NCBI GenBank assembly: GCA_030704615.1
Contig: CM060732.1
Span: 14,632,001 to 14,696,000 of the forward strand
Direction of reading: 5' to 3'
DNA from: Takakia lepidozioides
Taxonomy: Eukaryota; Plantae; Bryophyta
Length of the DNA stretch: 64,000 nucleotides
The notes beneath the pieces were generated by a model. It did not search any database and had not been told where the DNA came from. It saw only the letters and a program-made list of their open reading frames with translations. Each line of letters opens with the position of its first letter. The stretch's first letter is position 1. Below, one piece after another: positions 38,088 through 48,100 of the stretch. The position numbers and the translations under genes were made by a program.

Positions 38088-39566
38088 ATGGACACTGAGG
38101 CCTTGGAAAATTCAGGTGATGAAAATCCCGTATTACTACTTGAGACTTTGGCTTTGGAAAATTGGGTTGCACTTGGCATCATGGCAAATAAGAATGGCAG
38201 GTACCTGGAGAAGCTCCAGGAGTTCAATACTAAAATGATTGAGGTACTGGAAGATGATGCCGAGGAGCTGATACAATGGGAAAAGAAGGGATCAGCCATT
38301 GAGGCTGCTCTTAGAATGGCGAACCCGGAAGATGACCAGACTGTCTCCACGCAGAAATCTGCAAACACCTCTGAAAAAGACTTCATCCCTTCTGTAAGTA
38401 ATCACCCAATCCTTGGGCACATGATTTTACCGGATGAAGAAAAAGAGGCAGTGAGAGAATTCTGTGAACAAGTAGAACTCTCACAAGTGGAACAAGAAAG
38501 AGCAGCAGGTGCCACTCCTGGAAATCTGCAATTTGTCCCTTGGTTGCCTCCCCGTGCAGTTGAATTAGAGGTTGCCAATAACGATCATATGATGTGGCAT
38601 CCACATGCTAATATCAACCTATTGGCACCCATTTCCATTGAAATGTGGGTCAAATGGGGCAACATAACTCCTGCTGAACGCAGTAGATGTGCACAGGATG
38701 CTAAGGAGGGTCTTCAGAGAATAAAAAAGGAACCTATTGCCGTGGCGTGGCCACTAAGGACCTTCTACTACAAGCTCTGTGACAAAGGTGAGAACCTTAC
38801 CTTGAGGACCAAAAATGATTTGCCGACTGGATCAGCCAGATCCAAGAACCATAAGAGTCAACTCTTCAATTGGCATCGTCCCTACATAAGATGCAACTGT
38901 GGACAAGGAGGGGCACCTTCTTCTTGCATTGGGAGTGTTGCTTGGTTTGACCATATGGTTTGGTATATGCTGAACAATCTGATTGTGTTCTTCCCTGATG
39001 ATACCTATCCTTCGGTGCAAACCAAGTATTACAATTTTCTGGTATGGATCATGCGGGCTGCCAGATCTGCTGTACTGGCACAAATTACTTTCCAGATGAC
39101 CCGAGGGTTCATAATGGAAGCAGCCTGTGAATTCTCAAATGACCCACAAGCCAAGCTGCTTGCGAAGTTAGGAGAATCCAAGGGGGCCAGATACATTGAG
39201 AAACTCGTGAAACCTGGGTCTTTTTCAGACAGCCTTCCCAGGCCACAATTCAATAGCTACAAACGGCAGCGTATGGAGGGGCAGATGCCTCCTCAACAAG
39301 GCAAGAGCAGCACTGCCCGAGGAAGAGGTACCCCTGGTCGTGGAAGAGGTCTCTACCAAAGAGGAGGACGCTCTGGCAGGGGACATTACTCTACCAACAC
39401 CTCTGAGAATTCAAGAGCAACGAATCGGTCCTCAACTGGGGGTTCGGGTGCTAATTCCAGTACCACCATCAACATCGCCAGCCAGGAGTCATACAAGACT
39501 CGTCGTATCACTGACGAGTTCTCCCCAATACACAAACGAGACTTTGGATCTTGGAATGATCTGTAA
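38088..39566 (+). CDS. PLE ORF1 of unknown function (acidic/helical N-terminus, Cys/His cluster, RG-rich C-terminus)
   Basis: Intact 492-aa ORF with RCNCGQGGAPSSC...FDH and ARGRGTPGRGRGLYQRGGRSGRG. The frame is open upstream to a possible acceptor TTTGACAG at about 37946. Confidence 0.7.
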   Translation: MDTEALENSGDENPVLLLETLALENWVALGIMANKNGRYLEKLQEFNTKMIEVLEDDAEELIQWEKKGSAIEAALRMANPEDDQTVSTQKSANTSEKDFIPSVSNHPILGHMILPDEEKEAVREFCEQVELSQVEQERAAGATPGNLQFVPWLPPRAVELEVANNDHMMWHPHANINLLAPISIEMWVKWGNITPAERSRCAQDAKEGLQRIKKEPIAVAWPLRTFYYKLCDKGENLTLRTKNDLPTGSARSKNHKSQLFNWHRPYIRCNCGQGGAPSSCIGSVAWFDHMVWYMLNNLIVFFPDDTYPSVQTKYYNFLVWIMRAARSAVLAQITFQMTRGFIMEAACEFSNDPQAKLLAKLGESKGARYIEKLVKPGSFSDSLPRPQFNSYKRQRMEGQMPPQQGKSSTARGRGTPGRGRGLYQRGGRSGRGHYSTNTSENSRATNRSSTGGSGANSSTTINIASQESYKTRRITDEFSPIHKRDFGSWNDL

Positions 39567-39583
39567 AAATCTCATTTTTTGGT

Positions 39584-41806
39584 ATGTTCCTCTACTCTGT
39601 ATGTGCAGATGCGTTATATGTCTTTGAGGATGGTTGCAAACAAATTGAAACTCATGCCCATGGCAGGAAATTCATAAAACAGGCAGCAAAACCTGCTCCT
39701 TTGGGATTCATTCATATGTTATACCCAAACCGTGGTATGGAGTGGATACACCCTAAGAACCTGATAAAAGAAGCCTTTCTGGAATTTGGGCAAAATGACT
39801 TAGCTATTCTCATCGATGAGATAGTTTTTGGATGGACATATCATAAACAAAGCAGTTCTGAATACTATCAGCCTGCTGTTGTTTTCCGTGATTTTTGCTT
39901 TATGCAAGACTTGATTCACTCACCAGATTGTCTATGTGACAGTGCCAAGAGGTTTCATGATTTTCGGGATGTGGATACAAAATCAGAATTCCATCTGTCT
40001 GGTTCTACACCTACGCAACACGTACGTACCATGGACCTGAACATTATTAAACACGCAAAGCTGAAAGAATTATTCAGCCTAGGTATGAATCACATCCCTC
40101 TCAAACGTACTTTACTAAAAGACGTTGTTGAACAAGTGTCTTTGGCTTTCCACAGAACCTGTGAAATTTTGCATATAGACCCATGTGAATCTTGGGCTGC
40201 AACCTGCAACCAATGGGTAAAAAACACATGCTGGGATAGACTGAAACAAAAAGCCGGCAGAAGAAGGTATGACTTCACTCACCATGAGCGCAATCCTCTT
40301 ACTGTAAAAGAGGCAAAAGACGAACTTTCATGGCTTCTCAATCACCTGTATTTCTCTGGTCTTGACAAGGCTAACAACAATGTATGTTTTATGTGTGTGA
40401 AGCACGTAAGAATCCAAGCATTCCACAGATTGATGGGTAAAGACTTTACACCATGCAAGCAAGATGAGGTATGGCTGCCACCTGACCTTGTTCTAGGAAA
40501 CATTTCCGTGGAAATACAGAGTTTGATTCCGGAGATACCTGTTCCCTCCTGTAGACTACCTTACATTATGGGAATCTACAAGCTACATAAGAAAAAATAC
40601 AGATGGATTACCAATGCCCACAAATGTGTTTTCAGTGAACTAGCTAGCCTCCTTACAAGAGCTACCATGGATCTTCTACCATTGGTAAAAGAATGGACCA
40701 AAACAAGGCTGGATACTTATGAGCAATTTTTCAAAGTATCTACTGCTATGTATTGGATTATTGATTCCATCACTGACTTTACACTAAACCTGCCTGCAAA
40801 AGTCCATAACATCTTTGTGGCTGACATTACACAATGCTATGAGAACATACCTTTGACAGGTCAGGATAACCTAGGGGACGCCATTGAATACGTGGTGAAG
40901 ATTGCATTCCAGCAACACCATATGTCTCACCCCCGGGCACGTCATACTCTATGGATTCCAGCCAAAAACGGTACTTTCCGGAAAAGTAGGTGGGGCACGT
41001 CCTCCCCGAAATCAGGTACTTGGATTGAGCTTTCTGAAGCCAAGTTACTTATGCTCCACAAATGGCTTATGTCACACTGTTTTGTTGCCTTAGGGGACCG
41101 TGTGTGGCAGCAGATTTCTGGAATACCTATGGGTTTTTCATGCTCACCATTATGGTGCAACATGTACTTCCTTTCTTACGAGATCAAATTCATCTTAAGG
41201 CTTGCAGCTTTGGGACAATTCCAGCTCATGCCTTTGTTTAAATCTGCCTTCAGATACATTGATGATATATGCTGGCTGAATGTGGGTGATGCAATGCTGT
41301 TCCTGGACCCAAAGGCAGACAGAAGCAGCAACAACCCTTGGTGGATCTACCCACTCAATGTAGTGGAGATCAAACCTGAGCTACTACGTACCAAAACCGA
41401 TTCCCAATACGTGGGGTTGGAAGCTTGTTTCATGAATATCCAGATTACAGTCTCAAACAGTGACACAGGTGAGTTCTATTTCCAGAAATATGACAAGAGA
41501 AGACTACTTCCTTTCTCTTACACTCAATATATCCAGTTCTTATCCAATAGGCCTGTGAATCAATCCTACAACATTGTGATTTCACAAGCTGTGCCTATTC
41601 TATACATTTCCAGCAATGCTGTTTTGGCTTGGAAGGAATGCAGCATTCTGATTAACACTCTTGGGAGGAATGGTTTCAAGACCAGGAAACTTGCTCGTAT
41701 CTTGACAAGGTTCCTTGAACAAGGCTCATTCCCTGGCTTGTTCTTCCCTGTACATGAGCTTATTGAGAAACTGAAAGGTATTTTCCAAAAACCTATCCAG
41801 AGCTAA
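39584..41806 (+). CDS. Penelope-like reverse transcriptase (Naiad/Chlamys-like linker); no recognisable GIY-YIG
   Basis: Intact 740 aa: CLC...HVRTMDLNII linker, DKANNN, ADITQCYENIP, QISGIPMGFSCSP, FRYIDDI, YDKRR, SNRP...ISQ thumb. Confidence 0.85.
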   Translation: MFLYSVCADALYVFEDGCKQIETHAHGRKFIKQAAKPAPLGFIHMLYPNRGMEWIHPKNLIKEAFLEFGQNDLAILIDEIVFGWTYHKQSSSEYYQPAVVFRDFCFMQDLIHSPDCLCDSAKRFHDFRDVDTKSEFHLSGSTPTQHVRTMDLNIIKHAKLKELFSLGMNHIPLKRTLLKDVVEQVSLAFHRTCEILHIDPCESWAATCNQWVKNTCWDRLKQKAGRRRYDFTHHERNPLTVKEAKDELSWLLNHLYFSGLDKANNNVCFMCVKHVRIQAFHRLMGKDFTPCKQDEVWLPPDLVLGNISVEIQSLIPEIPVPSCRLPYIMGIYKLHKKKYRWITNAHKCVFSELASLLTRATMDLLPLVKEWTKTRLDTYEQFFKVSTAMYWIIDSITDFTLNLPAKVHNIFVADITQCYENIPLTGQDNLGDAIEYVVKIAFQQHHMSHPRARHTLWIPAKNGTFRKSRWGTSSPKSGTWIELSEAKLLMLHKWLMSHCFVALGDRVWQQISGIPMGFSCSPLWCNMYFLSYEIKFILRLAALGQFQLMPLFKSAFRYIDDICWLNVGDAMLFLDPKADRSSNNPWWIYPLNVVEIKPELLRTKTDSQYVGLEACFMNIQITVSNSDTGEFYFQKYDKRRLLPFSYTQYIQFLSNRPVNQSYNIVISQAVPILYISSNAVLAWKECSILINTLGRNGFKTRKLARILTRFLEQGSFPGLFFPVHELIEKLKGIFQKPIQS

Positions 41807-44134
41807 GTATACCATTGAACTCTATGTTCTTTGCTAGTAATACTATACTAGTTTTGCTATGTCACATTTTTATACTAATGTTTCATTCATGAGCCGAGGA
41901 AATGAGGATGTAGGATTCTACTCCCTTGGATAATATAATCCGATGATAGAACTACATGGAAGAGGGAAACCTTATGAGAAGAGGTCTGGTATGCACTCCC
42001 TTACGGGGTGAGTGCATACCACACTCATTCCGTAAGGTTATGCCATGCCAGGGGATTGGCTGGTGGGTCCCTCTCTCTCCCTCTCTCCCTCTCCCTCTAT
42101 AACTTTTTGGATTTCATTTGGCCCTGATATTTACTATTTGCTTCTTTCATCTAAACTGGATGAAATACATGAATACTGGTGACCTATTCTAAAAATCCAA
42201 GAGGTAGTAATCTGTACCATCATTAATGATGGCAGTTACTAAACCTAAGCCTATACCGTAACCCTAAGATACCTTTTTATGGGATATCATCCATTAACAA
42301 AGTGCATCTCTTAAAAATGTGATTTTTCATCCACCCTGGATGAAAAATCGGGAAGATATGCCCTAAACGGGCCGACATATTTCACAGCACTGAACTCGTG
42401 CTTCTATGATCCTTGATGATGCGCCGTGTAAACCTGCTCCCTTGCGGCTACATGGTACTCGTGATGGCTGGCTTTTGGGATGCGCAATGGCAGATAGACA
42501 GATTCTTCTCTGGCAGTCGACATTGCAGTGATCGCTCTGCTCAGAAATTTATGATTCTGTTAAATTCGCAGCGGCGCTCTTACTCCTCGTTGGGAAGTAC
42601 TCCACCCCTACTTAGCCACAGATTACATGTTGCTCTCTTTCTGTATGAGCTGATCTCTATCTACTTTGATTGCGTTCTGCTGGAGACATCTACTGGACGC
42701 CATGGCGCAGGGCATACCGCAAACGCTCAAGGTTTCTTTTGAGTGTACCCTTGCTTGGATTACGATTTGTACATGCTTTGGAATTCAACACTGACATGGA
42801 TAGCAACTGTGAAAACCTGCCACTCACCTGATGCATCCTCACTAACACACATCTCTATGTGGTGGTTTTTGGGACGGGCACAGGTGAGGGTCTTCACTTG
42901 TCTTGAATTATTGAAGCTTGCAGAGTCTGATTCATGCATAAGGGATTGCTGCTACCGCCTGAAGCTGCTGATACCAACTGTTGTTTCAAATCTGCCATCT
43001 TGCTGCCTCAAATCGGCTTCAAGTCTGCTCTAATGAGGATCACCTTCTTACTCCTTATCCCTGTTTTTGGTTCTTGATAACCACTTTTATACATTTTGGA
43101 GTTAAGACACACAAGGGACTTCATAGAAAACAAAATCTCTGTTGAAAGCTCTGGATGTTTTTAACAAAGGTACATGGCTGCGACTATAGCTCTGGCAGCA
43201 TGGAAACTAAGCTCTGAAATGAAACACCATGGCCTGGCTCTGATGGATCAGAAGATAGACCTTGTGATAACAAACATTCTTCAAGGCTCTTATATCACCA
43301 CTATTTCATTGCATGATAGGGGACAATGGTTTCTGAGTTCATTTCTTTAACTAGCAGAGCTTGTTATGAGGCCCTGGAATACCACTTCAGGCCCATATCT
43401 ACTTAAGGGTACTCAGCCCTATGTTTTGTTTTGTTAGAAATCTGGCTTATGACTTGGCACTGAAGCACCTTCAGACCTGACCCCATCAGTATTTTGGTTT
43501 TCAAGAACTGCTTGCTGGTAGATGTTGTGCGCTTCCTACCTTATACTATGGCAGAGTTTTGATCTTGAAGTCCTGGAATGATTATCCAGGCTTACATATA
43601 CTTGATAAAAACTTAGCCCCGCTTCTACTTTATGAATCTTGCATGTGTCTTGGCACTGACAGATCAGTTTCACGCCTACACAGGATGTTGTTTTAGGAAG
43701 ATGAATGGCTCAAGAACTAGATTATGTAAGGCTTGACCCATGTCAACAACAAAAAATGAATGCTTTATGTCAACTTATAGGGCTTTCAGGATATGAATGA
43801 CCAGGAATCCCGCCCTCCCACCCTGTTTTTTCAGATACCCTGAAAAGTTATAAGATGTTCAAATGAGTTGGTAAAAGGGGTTGTTAGATGATGCCCTGTA
43901 AAGGGTTGCTTTGTCTTTCAATGACAATGACTTTAGTGGTCTTGTCCATGTCTTGACATGACATGTATATCTTCTCTCTCCTTTTTTTTTTTGCTGCTCA
44001 CAAAAATAACCAAACCACAAGGGAGAGAGGGTGCAGAAAAAAGTTAAAAAGATTGTACTCATAAGACGTTGTTTGTCGTAGCCTTGTGGCCATTGACCCC
44101 GCGCCCAGTTTGAGCGGAAACAAAAGGGACAGAA

Positions 44135-45172
44135 CCTGCCAGCTGATGAATGCCCTTAGCAGGGTCAACCTGCCACTACCAGATCAATGGAGCCAACCCG
44201 CTCCAAATCTTGCGCCCCCAGCAACGAAATGTCTCCTGGCAAGGCCTGCTGTTATCCACGAACTGCAGACACCAGCAACAACTCGGGGTACTGCTACACC
44301 AACTGAGCAACATGACAAAGTGAAATGCGTCGTATAGTCTCATCCATCTCCACATACAGGTAACGCCAAACTCGTACACTTGCCTGTAATATAACAGCCA
44401 ATCTGGTGCTGATCCCACCAAACAAGTCCAGAAGACAAATGTCTTCATCCGGATACTGCTATACAATAGGTGTGGTGTCCAATAGAGACAACAGAGGTGG
44501 TCTTGGTGCAATCCCCACACTCTCTTCCTCTCCTGATGGTACAAAAACCTCCACCCAGGCTTGTTGCACCCGTCGATCAGCAACCCGCTGCAAATCATTG
44601 CTCGTGCCCCACAATGGTGTCTGAGCAACCATGGCAGACAACTCCGCCATACCATACATGTCATCCTGCTCTCCCGGAGGTGACACATCCTTTGAATGAG
44701 CGTTGCCCTCAAGCAACTCTCCAGGCCAAGTCACTACAGCTGTGAATGCTGCTAGTGTCAACATCTTGCCTCGCTGGGCAACTGCAACTCCTCCTATGAA
44801 TGTCACAGGGAGCTGCACACGCCGGCCCTCCCCTGACTGCCATCTTGGCCTATAGGAAGCTGACTCCTCCCAAAAATCTAGGGTGAAGCCCATGGGGTAC
44901 AACACTGCCCCACCAACCAGAACATCGTACGAGACCGCGTCTGTCACAATGACCTTGGCTCGCATCACTGAGCCATCTGTAGGATGATCCGGCCGTAGTC
45001 TGATAGCCAACTCACGTCGTGTCAAGCGCCCCCGAGCCTGCTCCGATGCTCCCAAAGACGTCTGTATCTGGAAAGGACAAGGCTCCATATCCGATTTCGT
45101 GAGGCCCAAGCCTGCAATAGCAGCTCTGCCCAGCATCACTGGCTGAGCTCCCGAGTCCAACAAGACCCGTTG
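44135..45172 (-). mobile_element. Ty3/gypsy family B pol, 5' part: aspartic protease and C5-MTase N-half (motifs I-IV), with stops
   Basis: VLLDSGAQPVMLG...DVLVG; then ICLLDLFGGIST (motif I), YLYVEMDE (II), GDISLL (III), IDLVVAG*PC*GHSSAG (IV). Rejoins SNGLRDSRSGLF at 35845. Confidence 0.88.
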
Positions 45173-48100
45173 TGTCACGGCCCTTTGCCTTGAGGGCAGG
45201 GGGTTGGGTCGCAGAGGGGCTGCCCCTGTGGTGGGGGCGGTGGCAGCAATAGGTACGGGGGGCTGAAGCAACCTCGAGTGCCCAAAGCAAGGAGGCGGAA
45301 GCACTCACTAGGTGGAGCCCTGCACATCGGGTTGCGGTGGGGGTGGCTCCACAAGGGGTGGTGGTAGCTTAGTGGGACTTAGTGGGGGTGGCATAGGACT
45401 CACCATGGGGGCGGAGACCTTGTGGTGGGAGTCGTGGGGAGTCTTGGGACTCATCACGGTCCAAGGGGACCGTGGTGGGTGGGCCAAGACTCACCGCGAC
45501 TCATCACCGGGAATCGAGGGTTTTTGTGGTGGTTCGCCATAAAATGGTGGTGTTGTTTGTGAAACCCCCGCGGACAGTCACAGAAGTATATATAGGGAGT
45601 AGTAACCCCGAGAACGGTGCAAGCCCGTTGGTGTCCAAAAACTAGTGAGTAAGCGTGCGAGCCGGAAAGCGACCAAGGTGTGGGGAGCTATTCCGGACTG
45701 CCATCGAGCAAAGGGAATTTCCACTAGGCTCAAATTGGGAGAGGGTCTAGTGGAGTAAAGGGGGACCGTTATGCCCCGGTGAGCAGCCGAAGCTCCGAGT
45801 TGGCCCGGTGGCCAGTTTGGGAGTTAGGCGCGCGCATCAAGCGAGTAACTATGACTTGAAGGGGAGCTTACCGAAGTGAGGTGCGCAACACTTGGTATCA
45901 GAGCCTAGAGTTCAGTACGCGATTGTCCTTGGGATCGGCCTCATCATGGGGTCAGGCAAGCCAAAGCGAAAGCGGAACGGCCCGAAAGATGATGATCCTA
46001 ATGAGCTCGATGGGGGCGACGTGTCACCGAAGCGGCCATTTGAGGAAGCGATGCATGCCTTTGGAAGCAAGGCCGCTCAAGGACGGGAGGAATCTGAGGA
46101 GTCGGAGCCCGAGGAATCCCTGAGAGCTCCGACAGACCAACAGATGCCTCCCATGCCAGCAGCCTTTTGGGAAGGGTTGTTGGCGCAGTTTGGTGGGGCG
46201 TTGAAAGACGTGTTAAAGACGACTAATTCCACTTCCACTAAGGCAAAGTTTAAGGTGAAGCCTAAGGAACCTAGCACCTTCAAGGGCATCCAAAATCGGA
46301 AGGCATTCATGGCTCTTGGAGCTAGAGCAGTACTTCCGGGCGGCCAAGTTGGATGACGAGGATCTGGTGGAAGTGGCTCCCACCTATTTGAGGGGCTATG
46401 CTCAACAATAGTGGCAGAAACGCCTTCATGACCGAGGTCCAAACCCGGAGACCTTGAACTGGAGTGGGTTCAAGGAACTCATGAAGAGACAGTTTGTGCC
46501 CTTCAACGCGTCCTGGCTCGCTCGGGACAAGATGAGGAATTTGAAGCAAACGGATGACATTCGGGGATATGTTCAGGCTTTCAATGTGTTGTTGCTCGAA
46601 GTCGCGGACATGGCAGAACCAGAAATGGTCTTCAACTTTGTGGCAGGACTGGCCCCATGGGCCAGACGGAAGTTGGAGGAGAAGCCACCTAAGACTTTGA
46701 ACGAGGCAATTGAAAGGGCTGAATGTTTCTCGGATGTCCCTAGGGGCGAAAGACAAGGCCGTACGGAGCTGAACCACAAGAAGGTCCGGCGGGAAGGAAA
46801 AGAAGTGGGATAGGCCATGTGGCGACAATGGCACATGGAAATTGAAGGGAGGGCCCTCACACGTCAAGACGACACCCGGTGCCCCGAAAGGGAAACCAGG
46901 TGCGGCGGCTTATGGCGGACAGAAGGCGACCTTCGATGGAGTGTGCTTTAATTGCAGGGAGTCCGGGCACATGGCCAAGAAGTGTACGAATCCCTGACAA
47001 TTGAACATGACTCGGGCAACCACGGAGTTATCCGAAGCCTCCATCAGCCGCTTGGTGGAGGCGGTGGTCGCCAAGATTTGCAAGGTAGGCAACCTCTTGT
47101 GAGTTGTATCAGGAAACTGGCGCCTTGCGTAAAGGGAGTCAGTTAATGTTTGTGAGTGGGATAATCTCCGGAACTAACGTATCGTTGTTGGTGGACACAT
47201 GAGCGTCGCACTCCTTCATGACACCGGCAATGGCGTGGAAGCTGGGACTCCCGACAAGTGATGTGGGGGCCTTGATTGAGGTGCGTTCTGCTAAAGGAGA
47301 ACCACAATTGGCGACGAGGTTGGCGTTCGATGTTCCTCTTCAATTCGGGAGTTGGGAGGGACGTGAGAACTTCACCATTTGCGAGATCGATGGAGTGGAT
47401 CTCATTTTGGGGATGACCTTTTTGAGCAGATCCGGAGCGGTCATAGATGGCCGCAAAAGAGTAGTCACGCTACCGTGTGGGAATGGTGGCGAAGTTTTAC
47501 GAGTGTCGGAAACGCCCGACCCCGTGGGAGGGCGAATAAACCTTCTGTCAGCAAGGATGTGGGCCGTGGAGGAGCCACACGAGCCCCAGTTTTTGCTTTA
47601 TCTAAGACAAGTGAAGGAAAAAGGCGATGGGGAGCCGAGCCCAGATTGGATCAAGGGGATTTTGGAGAAATATCAGGATGTGATGCCGGAGGATTTACCA
47701 AGCGGCTTGCCACCACAAAGAGGAGTTGACCACAAAATTGAGGTGATACCGGGATCGGAGCCGCCTGCCAAGGCACCCTACCGGTTGATCCACAGAGAGT
47801 TGGTCGAGCTAAAGACTCAGCTCAAGGATCTAATGTCAAAGGGGTACATCCGGCCGAGTAAGTCACCTTACGGAGCCCCGGTGCTATTCGCAGACAAGAA
47901 GGATGGGATGCTGTGGATGTGTGTCGATTACAGGGCTCTGAATAAGGTGACTATCAAAAACCGATACCCTTTGCCAAGGATCGATGACCTCTTCGATCGG
48001 TTGGTAGGAGCGAAGTATTTCAGCCGGATCGATTTGCGCTCCGGATATCATCAAATTCGAGTGGCGGAAGGAGATGAGGAAAAGACCGCGTGCAGGATAA

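Larger units (their letters stand above)
35925..43980 (+). mobile_element. Penelope-like retroelement with 1,914-bp direct terminal repeats (pseudo-LTRs) and two ORFs
   Basis: Direct repeats at 35925-37838 and 42067-43980 (one mismatch found by eye). No TG..CA ends or PBS; both ends are TC-rich. The RT is PLE-type. Confidence 0.85.

Noticed and set aside
39505-39545. CTGACGAG...CGAGAC as a hammerhead ribozyme core
   Set aside because: It lacks the GAAA box and supporting stems, and lies inside ORF1.
35925-43980. 1.9-kb direct repeats as true LTRs or an assembly duplication
   Set aside because: No TG..CA ends, PBS, PPT or integrase; a PLE-type RT explains them as pseudo-LTRs. Long reads would still be the final test.
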